A stretch of 64,000 nt of DNA from Octopus vulgaris (lineage: Eukaryota), in NCBI GenBank assembly GCA_951406725.2, contig OX597821.1, forward strand, positions 93,992,001 through 94,056,000, read 5' to 3'. Under the pieces are notes generated by a model. That model ran no database searches and was not told the origin of the DNA. It saw nothing but the letters and a program-made list of their open reading frames with translations. A program made the position numbers and the translations under genes. How positions within the stretch are numbered: position 1 is the stretch's first letter; each line of letters starts with the position of its first letter. This document shows positions 13,456-25,951 of the stretch, in pieces.

Positions 13456-13527
13456 ACTCTGTTAAATATAATGTTTATATCAGTGTCAACTCCTGTTTCA
13501 AAATGCACTCCTTTGCTAAGAGCTAAG
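13456..13527 (+). CDS. candidate 72-nt cassette exon (TLLNIMFISVSTPVSKCTPLLRAK)
   Basis: catttgcacag|ACT...AAG|gtgagt. Perfect donor, 3n, open in phase 0. Confidence 0.45.
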
Positions 13528-15041
13528 GTGAGTATTTTAAAACCAGTATACATGATGCAATGCTGGTGATGCTTTAGAAACACGAGATAAACATAGGTCA
13601 GTGTAAGGATCTCAAAAACGAGGATACTTCCTCGAATACAGTCATCCTCATCGTTTAACATCCGCTTTCCATGCTAGCATGGGTTGGACGATTTTGACCG
13701 AGGGCTGGTGAACCAGATGGCTGCACCAGGCCCCAATCTTGATCTGGCAGAGTTTCTACAGCTGGATGCTCTTCCTAACACCAACCACTCCGAGAGTGTA
13801 GTGGGTGCACGGGGGCCAGTCAGGCGGTACTGGCAACGACCTCGCTCGAATCTTTTTACACATGCCACCAGCACAGGTGCCAGTAAGGCGATGTTGGTAA
13901 CAATCACGCTCAAATGGTGCTCTTTTACGTATGACTATTAATACATTCACATTACAGCTATGTCAGTTTGAATTCAATTGATATTACATGGCATTTTGGT
14001 GACTGTCATCTACCATAGCTTCTGATTGATCAATGACTTGAGTGAAATTTTGGAGACAGAAACCATGTGGAAGTCTTTGTGTGTGTGTGTCTTTATAAGG
14101 CTTGGTAGAATTGATAGCATACCAGACAAAATGCTCTGCAGTTTATATTTACATCTCTTTATGTGCTTAATTAAAATCTCACTGCAGTTAAATTGTTGGA
14201 GGGCAATTAAATCAATTACATCCTCTTCCCTCAAAACTGTGGCCATGGGTCAATATTTAGAAACAAAAGAAAAATCATGTAGCTTTTAATATAAAGTAGT
14301 GATACATGACTTTTTTCAGAAGGGGATTCCCAAAATTCATGAGTAAAACTTTATAGACCACCAAATTCTTGAAATAAATTCTATTTTTAATTGCATTATG
14401 CAACACAGTAGGATATAAAACTTTGCTATGGACAGTTGGTGGTTGACTTGGATCATGTTGTAGGCAACTGTTATAAAACATACTTGGAAGATTATTTCTT
14501 TTTATGACTTCACACACACACACACACACACATACTCACTCATTCTCTTTCTAATTATTTCTCTATTAAGCCAAAAGTTTATTCTTGAACAACTCCAAAC
14601 ACACAGACATCATGCATATTATTGCATAAAAATACCTATTGGGATAAATAAAACCAATATTTCTAATATTGTATTATATAGCTAGTCTTCGACATAACAA
14701 AAAGCACTTTTTTGTATTTTTTTATTCCCCTTCCCTGTGTTTGTAATATAACAAATATGAAACAATATCATATGCAACCAATCTATTGATAAAGGTTTCA
14801 AGAAAAAAAAAAATGGCTGCAACACTGAAGTCATTATTTGTTTTGAAATTTATTATTGGGCATGGATTAACCTTTTAGCTTTGTTTGCATGTAAAAAGCA
14901 TGATACAACATACACACTTATGTATATATATACTGAAGCATATTTTATTGAAAACTTGATGCTATCGATCCGTCGTTATTATAATTATTATTTTCTAACA
15001 TGGATGGTTGGAAAAATTATATTCTCCTTCTTCTTCTTCTT

Positions 15042-15103
<62 letters not shown>

Positions 15104-16911
15104 AGCAGCAAGCTGGTAGAATTGTTAGCACGCTGGGCAAAATGCTTAGTGGCATTTCGTCTGTCTTTACATTCTGAGTTCAAATTCTGCCAAAGTCAAC
15201 ATTGCTTTTCGTCCTTTCGGGGTCAATAAATTAAGTACTAGTTGCATACTGAGATCGATCTAATTGACTGCCCCCCCCCACTTCCTGCCAAAATTTCAGG
15301 CCCTGTGCCTGTAGTAGAAAGGATTATTATTATTATTATTATTGTTTGACCCACTCACTTCCAACAAATCCACAAAAAATATTCCATACCTTATGGAGTA
15401 ATAATGATAAATTGATGTATAGTACTATCAGTATTTGATGAAATAAAATCATGTTTTCAATTATGCATGTATGTATAATTTTTCTTACCTGTTTGTGGAG
15501 TATTGTTTCTGGCAGTGTCATGTCTGTGTCCTCTAGTGTACAAAAGGTTGGACAGACTATCACATACTTATTTGTTGGTGTCTGGTCAGGTATGTATGTC
15601 TCCAGATACTCTTTGATATACAATTAGTATTCTATAATAATACTTTTTGTTTAGTTGGAAATGAAAAACATCAGTAGACAAACTTTATATTTTGTTCAGT
15701 GCTAAAATGTCATAAAGCACAATGTTACATTTATATATCCAGTTAAAAATCCTATATCATATTTATTCGGTAATATAGCTATTTGTTTTTCATTAGTAAT
15801 ATATCGGAGTCATATGCATCCCTGCTGTATATCATGTTGGGCATTGTATATATATTTAGTGTTAAATCCAGGGGAAAAACAAACCAAGAAAATGCAGGTC
15901 TAAATTTTTGGTCCCTCTATTTTTTTTTTTTCCTTCTTAATTCAGATCTTGCTGATATCTGTAATGTTCTTGACATTGTCTATGATACAAGCACCAGTTA
16001 TGTACTGGGCTTGATTCATTTGACTTTGCCTCTACCTTTTTACGGTTTTGTGTCACTGTCAAGAATTTTTATGAGTTGTTTAACCCATTAGACATAGCAC
16101 CAAATTTCCATAAAATCATTTTATAGTCTTAATGAAGACATTGGATCATGTAGCCTTAGACACATTTTAGTTTTGGGGTCAATAAAATAAGAAATCACTT
16201 GAGCACTAGGGTTGATGTAATCAACTTCTCCCTGCCCCAAAAATTGCTGGCCTTGTGCCAAAATTTGAAACCGGTAATTTTGTTCCTTCATCTCTCCCAG
16301 AATAGAACTCTACCTTCCAATCCTGGAGTTGATGAATTAAATACCAGCCATACACTGAGGTTAATTTAATTATACCTCTCTGTTGACCTCCATGCCAGTG
16401 TAAGGTCTCAATAGCTCCCATTCACCAACAAAATTATTCTTTAGAAGGTTTCTGTTTCCTTTTAAAGCTACATCCTTTTTAATAATATAAGGCTCAATAG
16501 AGTACATCAAATAATTTTATAGGGATTTACTTTCCCCCTGCCCCCTTTTTTTTTACTTTATTTGTTGGTTATATTTTTAGTGAGGTGTATCAGGTTGTGT
16601 TGTCTTTTGACTATTTCATGTTTTCCTGCACTATAGTTTTACATTATAGTTTTACATTCACTTTTTTCCCCATACTGGCATGATTTCAGCATGTCCTGTG
16701 TCTATCTTCAACCCATCCATCCTCTGTCTTTTTTGGGATTTTTTTTCTTCTCTCGGCTGCGCTTGTGGTCAAATAATTTGGTTGAAGCATTTTAAATGTT
16801 TATTCATTTATATATGCATACATGTGTATGTGTTGCAGGTTGACTGAATGGAATCTTTTCTCCTGATTGTATTCTTTCCTTTGTGTCTTTCCCTGTACTC
16901 CTTACATTCTT

Positions 16912-16914
<3 letters not shown>

Positions 16915-16951
<37 letters not shown>

Positions 16952-16971
16952 TATCTGTACATATACATACA

Positions 16972-17029
<58 letters not shown>

Positions 17030-17090
17030 CATGTATTACATATATATATATAATATATATACATGTATATATACACATATATATATATAA
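16915..17090. repeat. (TA)n-rich microsatellite
   Basis: Long interrupted TA runs; others at 9980-10022, 44724-44763, 47543-47636, 57800-57845. Confidence 0.95.
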
Positions 17091-17883
17091 TTGATGTGTA
17101 TGTGTGTAACTTCTTGCCTTTGCATGATCTTGAGTTTCTTTTATTATCATTCTTTTTTTATTTTCTGCTTAGTACATTAACGCTGCAGTCCAATTTCTTT
17201 CCTTCACCTCTCACCCAGTGTTGCTGCCTTGTTGTGGAACCTGGTAATATTAAGAGTGTGGCTACTGGACTTCAAAAAACAAAAAACAAAAAAAAAAAAA
17301 ACAATAACATATTCTAAAAAATCTTTGTCCTACTTTTCGCTAAATGTCTATGGCATGCTGTAACATGTAACAAAATGAAGCCACATTTCTTTTTTAAGAC
17401 ATAAATATGCATATTTCTTTATATTTATATATGTACATAACACACACAGACACACAAAACTTGACTCAGGTCTAAACAAGCTGACATTTGCTCTGCATCT
17501 TTCCTGCAAGCTGTTTCCTGAAGCAACAACACCAAGCAGTCATCATCATCATCATCATCATCATCATTGTCATGATAACAGAAAGAATTATTACCTATAG
17601 TAGAAAGGGTCATCATCATTATTATTATGAGCAATGGGTTGGCAGAATCGTAATAGTGTTGAACAAAATGTGTTGCAGCATTTGTTCTGGTTCTTCATGT
17701 TCTGAGTTCAAACCGCTCCAAAATTTACTTCACTTTCATCCTTCCAATCAGGAAATGGGGTTGATTCAATCAGCTAAAACACTTCCAACTTTCTGATGTC
17801 GTGCTTGTTTATGAATTTATTTATTTTACTATTTCTATAATTGTCAGCCTCGTTACCATGAGTTATCATCATCATTATGACAT

Positions 17884-18372
17884 GACATGCATAAGATCTG
17901 GTCATCAAATCTAAGTAGAGACTTCAAACTTGAAATCTTCAAAGCCACAGTCGAACCAATTCTACTATATGGCTCAGAAACCTGGACGTTATCAAAGAAG
18001 CTTGAGAGGCGGTTGGATGGAACCTACACTCGCCTCCTTATGAGAGCTCAAAATCTCTCATGGAGGCGCCATCCAACCAAAATGCAAATATATGGGAAAC
18101 TACCACCTGTATCATCTCTTGTGAAAGGTAGGAGAGTCCAGTTTGCTGGACATTGTTATAGAGCTGAAAAAGAGGTAATTTCTACTTTCCTCCTCTGGAA
18201 GCCATCTACTCGCAATGCCAGAGGGCGCACACTCTCCTACCCTGATGTAATCTCCAGGGATACAGGCATCCAGCAACAGGACCTCCGTAATGCCATGATG
18301 GACCGTGAAGTCTAGCGTAGCATAGTAAATTCCATTGTCTCGACCACGGTCAAACAATGATGATGATGATGA
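17884..18372 (+). mobile_element. 5'-truncated RTE-clade LINE 3' end
   Basis: ORF with FKATVEPILLYGSETWTL...RRVQFAGHCYR, a post-RT motif of RTE elements; (TGA)n tail. Confidence 0.85.
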
Positions 18373-18626
18373 TCATCATTATTATTAAGAATAGAGGGAT
18401 AGCAGAATCACAAATGCCTTAGAGAATTTAACTATATTCCTTTATACACTAACCAAACTATGGTATGCATAATTTATTATGCTCTTATATTCTCTCTCAA
18501 AACTTTTGATCATATATCTGGAAATCATCAATGAAAATGAAACAAAAAATAGTTACTGAAGTTTGTTTATATAACAAACATGTCCACATACAAAGATTTT
18601 TAGACAATTCCTAATTAGATTTAAAG

Positions 18627-19168
18627 CAGCAGTTCCCAACCTTTTTTTTTTTTTTTTTGCCCCATGGACTGGTTTCATGCAAGAAAGTTTTTCCACAGAC
18701 CAGGGGATCATGTGCATAATTACTACATATATATATATATCGTTATCATCATCATTGTTTAATGTCTGCCTTCCATGCTGGCATGGGTTGGATAGTTTGA
18801 CAGGAGCTGGTCAGGCAGGCAGGAGAATGCACCAGACTTCTGTGACTGTTTTGGCATGGTTTTTATGGTTGGATGCCCTTCCTAAACCAACCACCTTGCA
18901 GTGTACTGTATTATATATCCATTACAGCTGATCTTACCAATCAGTTTTGTGCTAGGGGTTCAGCGGAGTGTTAGGTAGCATTCCGATTATGTAACCCTGC
19001 GCTCTTCAGAGATAGCCATTATGGAATGAAATATAGCAACCTATATTACATTTGCAATACATATATAATGTGAAAAAAAACCACCCTGCAGACTGTACTA
19101 ATCAATAAAAAGGAAATAATATTTTAGAATTTATTCCTTCTGTCTGGCCTGGTAGTTGTAGACCCCTG
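18627..19168. mobile_element. hAT-like MITE with a nested SINE fragment
   Basis: CAGCAGTTCCCAAC...GTTGTAGACCCCTG imperfect terminal inverted repeats; a (CAT)n-tail SINE sits at ~18745-18905. Confidence 0.5.
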
Positions 19169-19774
19169 GTTTAACTCTTTAGCATTTTGATTTAGTATGA
19201 CAAATGTGATGCGTATTTATTTCCATTGATTTGAATTTATTATGTGTTATCTTGTAGCTACACGATTTTGATGATGTGGCTGTTTTATTTTTAGACTATC
19301 TTGCTGGTTTGAACATAAAACAGGTAGAATATTCGGGTCAGATACAGCCTGTTTAAATGCTTGAGGATTTAAGGATTAGAAATTAATCTGAAAATTATCT
19401 TGGTGAAAGAGTCAAGTTAAAATTGACTTTATGGTCAATTCCAACTTGACATTTTCACCAAATTTTTTGCTTTTTTGGGGTAAGATGGGGTGGGTCTGTT
19501 TTCTCTCTGTTGTCATGGGTTTGTTCTTTCATTGAAATGTGTGATCATTCAACTTTATGTAATATATATGATGTGTAAAGTGTTGTTGCTTCCAAAATCT
19601 TGCAGTTGATGCACTGCAATGTTGCTAATGTTCACATGGCTGTCTGTTTTCTACCGTAAAACAAGACGACTGAGTCTGTGGCTGCAGCCAGGTAGATGCA
19701 GCCCTTATCGTTTACCCCAGTCTCTCTTCTATTTTTTTTTTTTTCTTCTTCATCTCCTCCCTGTTGTATTCTAG

Positions 19775-20017
19775 GCAAAATGGGTTCTGATGAACTGTGA
19801 TATGTTGTCCCAGTTCTCTGGTTCCGAGGAAACTCTGGAAGACTGGCAGGATAGCCCAACACCACGGGGCTCCACTTACAAAGGCAATGGCATGATCAAA
19901 TCCCAATCATTTCATGAGCAAATCTGGGAAGGCATTCAGAGAAAGTCTCAAGATCTGTTTCGGGGTACGGGGACATTCCTGGGGCGTGGTGTCGGCAAAG
20001 AAGAGTCATATGGGCAG
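19775..20017 (+). CDS. candidate 243-nt cassette exon, S/G-rich and probably disordered
   Basis: Long pyrimidine tract ...gtattctag|GCA...CAG|gtacta. 81 open codons AKWVLMNCDMLSQFSGSEETLEDWQDSPTPRGSTYKGNGMIKSQSFHEQIWEGIQRKSQDLFRGTGTFLGRGVGKEESYGQ. GC-rich, coding-like island, phase 0/0. Confidence 0.75.
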
Positions 20018-20965
20018 GTACTATGAACTGCTTTGTGTGTATTTGTATTTGTTCCAAACTTGTGTCTTATGATGTACTGACCACCTTTAGTATCAGCCAC
20101 TACCACCACCACCACCATTACCACCACTACAGCCATAACCTAAGTAACCTCTAAAATAGTAGTTCCCTGCTGGTGTACAATTTTTACTTTTTTTTTTAAT
20201 ATTTTGCTGGTTGGTTGGATGGTTGTCTGATATATATTCTAACTTTGCTAAATTATTATTTTCATCATTTTAAAGGATTAGCAAAATTAGTAGAGCGTTG
20301 AACAAAATGCATTGTAGTATTTTAGTTGCAACCCTTTACATTTTGCCATGGTCAACTTAGCCTTTCATCCTCCTTGGGTCGATAAAATAAGTACCAGTCT
20401 AGTACTGGGGTTAACATTATTGACTGTGACCATACCCTTCATCCCACCAAAGTTGTAGCCTTGGGCCTAAGTTGCAAATTATTATATTGTTTTCTTTACA
20501 GACATCTGTCTTATTAGTACTGCTGCTTATTAATCATGTGATTTCTGCTTCTTCCTCTTCCTCCTTTTTCCTTACCACCCTACAGTGATTAGGGGACAAA
20601 TTGTAACACTACTCTATAGCATCCATTATTGTACAAATTATGTATTGGAGAAGTAGAAAGCTCCTGGAAAAGTCGGTTTTGGAGCTTCAGATCCCACAAA
20701 ACGTTATTGAATTGCATTACCTGTTGGCCATCATTTCGTGATCTCATGGTCCCTCGACTTGTTTCCTTTATCTCAAGTCACACCCTATTGTCTTACAAAA
20801 GAAAGGACATATTCAGCGGTTATGGCTTGGACACCTTTGATCACACGTCTGCTGCTTTAAAATTTACCTGTGGCTTAACAACGACAACACCTCTATGTTT
20901 TCCATATACATATCTCTATTAGTCATACTTATGGGACGATTCAATGAGAATGTTCCATCTTTTAT

Positions 20966-21371
20966 TACTCTTTTACTCTTTTACTTGTTTCAGTCATTTG
21001 ACTGCGGCCATGCTGGAGCACCGCCTTTAATCGAGCAAATCGACCCTGGGACTTATTCTTTTGTAAGCCCAGTACTTATTCTATCGGTCTCTTTTGCCGA
21101 ACCGCTAAGTAACGGGGATGTAAACACACCAGCATCAGTTGTCAAGCAATGCTAGGGGGACAAACACAGACACACAAACACACATACGCATACATATATA
21201 CATATATACGACGGGCTTCTTTCAGTTTCCGTCTACCAAATCCACTCACAAGGCTTTGGTCGGCCCGAGGCTATAGTAGAAAACACTTGCCCAAGGTGCT
21301 ACGCAGTGGGACTGAACCCAGAACCATGTGGTTGGTAAACAAGCTACTTACCACACAGCCACTCCTGCGCC
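20966..21371 (-). mobile_element. tRNA-derived SINE family A, full length
   Basis: tRNA-like head, CCTTGGGCAAGT CORE-like motif, internal (TG/TA) microsatellite, (GAGTAAAA)n tail; nearly identical to 29215-29606 and 41009-41393. Confidence 0.85.
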
Positions 21372-22234
21372 TATTGTTATCATTTGTCCAAAAATCAACC
21401 CTGATCAAGCAGACCTGATCAAGATTTCTATCCACAACCATGCTAATGCTTTTGTAAACCTAAAACTGCATTATTCAATGTGACCTATTTTTTAAAACTT
21501 TAGCATGTTATTTGTGGTAGGGTTGGCTATTATTTCCTACAGGTCGAGTGATGAGACTGAGGATTTCTGCTTTACTTCCAAAAGTTGAATAATACCAGCA
21601 GAATTGTACAGGGCTTGCCATTTGGCTCTATTGTAATATTTCTTGATTAGTTGTTCTCTGGTCATTCGAGACACTTGACACTTACGTTGTGTTTTAGTTA
21701 TATTTCATTCTAGCATTAAAAATAACCTCTGTTTTTATCCTGTAGAGAGGCCTGGCTACAGCCAAAAGAAATATGGCAGGGTAATTAACAGATGTTATTG
21801 TCAGAAATGTGTTGTAGAAAAATCTGTGAAACCTAGTGTTCAGTGATGCAACAGTGTTAATGTTAAAAATCAAATCGCTTCTCCAACTTCTACTTTCATT
21901 GGTTACTTGTGATGGATGTTTAGTTCTTTCAGAGTGCTAAATTCTTCAATTGCCTTGTCACAATCATCTTGTTGTTTATTGAAGAAATATTGTTTGAAAA
22001 GATATTCTGAGCAAGCAAAATGAGACAGCTTTGTTACATGAGGATCAAGACTCTTTCCTGGTTAACATCACATGTGTTTCAATGATATCTGGTGATGGGA
22101 GTCTGAACCCAAACCTGGGCCTCAGCCTACCAGAAGTTTTCCACTTCTCTAAAATGCTAGCACAACACCCAATAAATTTCTTTCCTACCCATTCTATAAT
22201 TCTAATCAATTCCACCTCACTACAATACTAATAC

Positions 22235-22237
<3 letters not shown>

Positions 22238-22293
<56 letters not shown>

Positions 22294-22340
22294 TCTCTCT
22301 CTTTCTCTCTCTCCCTCTCTCTCTCCCCCTCTCTCTCTCC
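22238..22340. repeat. (CT)n microsatellite
   Basis: Read directly from the sequence. Confidence 0.95.
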
Positions 22341-22733
22341 AGCAATGCAATTAGAAGGTTAAATATTAATGATATTAATAAGAACAAGGGTACTGAATTG
22401 CTAAAGAATATTCAGTGGCCTTGATATTTTAAGTATAACAACTTGTTTATATATATTTAAAATGGTAAGGGAGAAAGAAAATGACTGTCCATTTCAGTTA
22501 ACATACTTTCTTCCATAAAGTCCTCAGAATTTTGAAATCTATTTGCACAAAGCCATGCTACCCTCAGTTGGCCTTCATTTTCTCTCTTTCTAAACCTCTT
22601 AAACATTTGAAAGAGTGTTTATATTAGAAATATCAGGGCCATTAATTATTTTTGAGGCAACATTCTAATATTCTTTTCTCTCATATTGATATTTAATCTT
22701 CAAACTGCATTAATGTGGCCTTCCAACATACCA

Positions 22734-22770
<37 letters not shown>

Positions 22771-24619
22771 TCACACACATACACACATGTGAGGTTACTT
22801 AAGGTAAAGCTGAGTATTCAAATGATTAAATTTAATTAGTTTTGTTTTTATTAATTTTTCTTATTCATTTAAATGATATTTTAATCTCAAACATTTTTAA
22901 AATTTGCCTAATGCAATTATTGGCAGTATTAATAAGGCCACAAAAATAAATGTCACTCAATTTAAAAACATTTAAAGTAGATGTGAACTGAAAATCAAGT
23001 CACATAAAATCTTGTGGCAGAATCATATTTATGAGGCATTGAATCTACAGGTTTGATGATCACATTATACTTGAAATTTCCTTTCCTTTTTTCATGATAT
23101 AATCATACAATTCATTTATGTCAGTGTGCATGTCAAATCAATTACCATAATTTTTCTATCAGATTTCACCTTTTAGCATTCAGTTTACCAGATTATGAAA
23201 TACCAGATTATTCTGTCAAATCAAGTGCAATGCTTATTTATTCACCTTGTTTTGAATTAATCATGCATAACTCAAGATTTCAGTGATGTGATTGTTTATT
23301 TTTAGAAGGACATTGTAGGCTAGATGTGAAAGACCAGATCTGCCTGGTTTGGACATCAAAAAGGTAGAATGTTTGAACCAGATATGGTTGGTTTAATGTT
23401 AAAGGGATAACATACAGGACTTGTGTAGCCAACTGCTGCTCTTGGATTTTTTTACTTTTGAAGAATTCTTTGATTATTCCAGTTGTATATACATCAACTC
23501 ATTGTCATATGAAAATCAATGACTGATCCAAATGACTCTTAGTGTTATCCTCACCCAGATTTCCAGATTGGCTATACTTTTATTGATGCTGCTGGTCTCA
23601 TGAATTGTATCATCTGACATTGCTACCACAGTATTTAACTTCCAAATTCTTGTACTTGGGATGAATTTCTTCTCTTGTATGATGTTGAATAGCTATCAAA
23701 CCCAAACAAATTAAATTTCAACACAAAATATTTTACAAGTCTGTCAGGAACCAATTCTAATACTTCTGAGTTAATTCAATTTACATACAATAGTTTTTCG
23801 AGAAAAATAAATATTATTTCATAGGCAACGCATTCACAAGACTAAACTGCTTTAATTGACACCATCCTGTACTTGATATCTGAACATTGTTCAAAATGAT
23901 GACAGTCATTTTTCCTGTCCGTCATCAGCAATCAGTAAATTCATTAGTCCATCCATTCAGTATTCTATTTTTGTTGCCCTGATGTCAGTATATAGTATTT
24001 TCATTGAAGATATTTGCAAGTATCATATAAGCAGCAATGGCTCAAAAAGTACATTTCAGCTTATAGTTAAACAGTTGTTGATCATGTCTCTGATGATCAG
24101 CTCTTTCATTTGCCTATCACAAGGGATTTTATGAAAACAGAAATAGTTATTATTAATTATTTGATTTATTAAGAGTATAATATAATATACTAAAATTCAA
24201 GTGATTTCTTTCTAATAGGTTCTCTAAATTATTGATGTTTATCTTTGTGGTTTAATAACACTGTCAGTAATTGCATTATGCTAATTAAACATTTGTGTTT
24301 AAACATACATTGTCTAAAAGCATTTTTAAAAATATGTTTATTATATATTTTGAGCTGTAAGTGAAATTAATAAACAGAGATGATTAACAGTTTGGTCAGT
24401 ATACTCATGACTTTAAACTAAGTGACACAACTATACATAGCATATATATTTACACACACACATACACACACACACACACACATACACACACGTGTATAAA
24501 GTAGATTTGAGATATCAATTTGGGATATTTTGTCTTGGAACAGATGTCTCTTACTTCTAGTATTTTTACTCAAATAATGCCTTTTGTTTGCATTTATTGT
24601 GCAGCAAAATATTTTGCTG

Positions 24620-24876
24620 CACATGGCTGTCTGTTTTCTACCGTAAAACAAGACGACTGAGTCTGTGGCTGCAGCCAGGTAGATGCAGCCCTTATCGTTA
24701 CCCCAGTCTCTCTTCTATTTTTTTTTCTTCTTCATCTCCTCCCTGTTGTATTCTAGGCAAAATGATGAACTGTGATATGTTGTCTCAGTTCTCCGGTTCC
24801 GAGGAAACTCTGGAAGACTGGCAGGATAGCCCAACACCACGGGGCTCCACTTACAAAGGCAATGGCATGATCAAAT
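24620..24876 (+). pseudogene. partial duplicate of 19633-19901 (intron end plus 5' half of the 243-nt exon), frameshifted
   Basis: Near-identical to 19633-19901. A 7-nt deletion (GGTTCTG) gives ag|GCA AAA TGA at 24757-24765; the copy is truncated after ATCAAAT. Confidence 0.9.
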
Positions 24877-25915
24877 AAAAGGGTTATTTATAAAGTTTAA
24901 AAATCTACTCAAGCATTAAAAAGAATATCTATTTACAAGGATATTTTGTTATAAATTCTCATTACAGGATTTTCTTTACTTATAAATATGAATATTTAAA
25001 GAAGAAAACCAAACTATAACTTATTGCAAATATATATTATATTAATATATGTGTATTTGTCTTATATTTTATTAACTTTAAGAATTAATTTATTGCAGCA
25101 CTGATAATTTATGTTTATTTTACAAATTGATGTGTTGTAATTATTATTCTAAGCTCATTATTTCTTCTTTTTTTATGGGATTGTAATTTGACTAATTAGT
25201 AATAAAATTATATTGATCAATGAAAAATTGCTTGGTCACTAAGGATTGGCATAAATGTCATGACATTTTCAGTGAAGTCCAATAATCTTACAAGGGAATT
25301 GAAGTTAAGTTGCTGACTAACAACAATATCAACAACTGTATTCTAATGTAACTCTAATTATGAGCTTTTATTTTTTTTATTTTAAACTTTTTTCTTTGTA
25401 ATCTTCAAATTATGCTTTGAATTTTTATCTTCACTTCTTAAGATCTGAATTTCTTTAATTTCTTCTGATTTGAATTTCTTTAGTTTTTGAGATTCAAACA
25501 ACTCAAAAACTGAAATTCACTCGATCAGTTCTTGCAATTTGGGACTCTCAAGTTCAAATTTCAAGACCAAGAGTTCTTATGCTCTCAAGGACATTGACAG
25601 TTTAAGGGAAACTTCTATCAATTATAACGAATTTTAAAAATAATTTACAGATGTACTAATCCTTCGTCCTTGACTACATACCATCTTCCTTAATTTTCCT
25701 TTCCTGCTGTCATTTGCTTACCATATTAGTGGTTTATTCTAACCTATATTAGTGGTTTCAACTAATCTTATTTGATGTGCTATTCTGTTTCCTCTTTATT
25801 CATTTGTTAATATCTTTGAAAAAAAAAACAAACAACAATGTATATTTATGATTTAAGAACCAAAGAAAAATATCCTGTTATAAATGTTTACTTTGGAGGT
25901 TTCTATTTACCAAAG

Positions 25916-25951
25916 GTCTTTTGTGGTTTATTGAATGTATTGATTAATGAG
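25916..25951 (+). CDS. weak candidate 36-nt exon (VFCGLLNVLINE)
   Basis: tttctatttaccaaag|GTC...GAG|gtaaac. 3n and open, but both splice sites are suboptimal. Confidence 0.2.

Noticed and set aside
15946-15960. 15-nt segment after a strong acceptor
   Set aside because: The donor TCT|gtaatg is too weak to call.
17219-17243. 25-nt AG...GT segment
   Set aside because: Not frame-preserving, modest donor, and no convincing partner exon.
19666-19691. 26-nt segment upstream of the 243-nt exon
   Set aside because: AAG acceptor, weak gtagat donor, frameshifting length.
20629-20760. CIGEVESSWKSRF resembling a GIY-YIG motif
   Set aside because: Too short and degenerate to support a Penelope endonuclease call.
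23895-23932. CTGATGA...GAAA on the minus strand
   Set aside because: Stem II is only 1 bp and stem I does not abut the cleavage site; likely chance.
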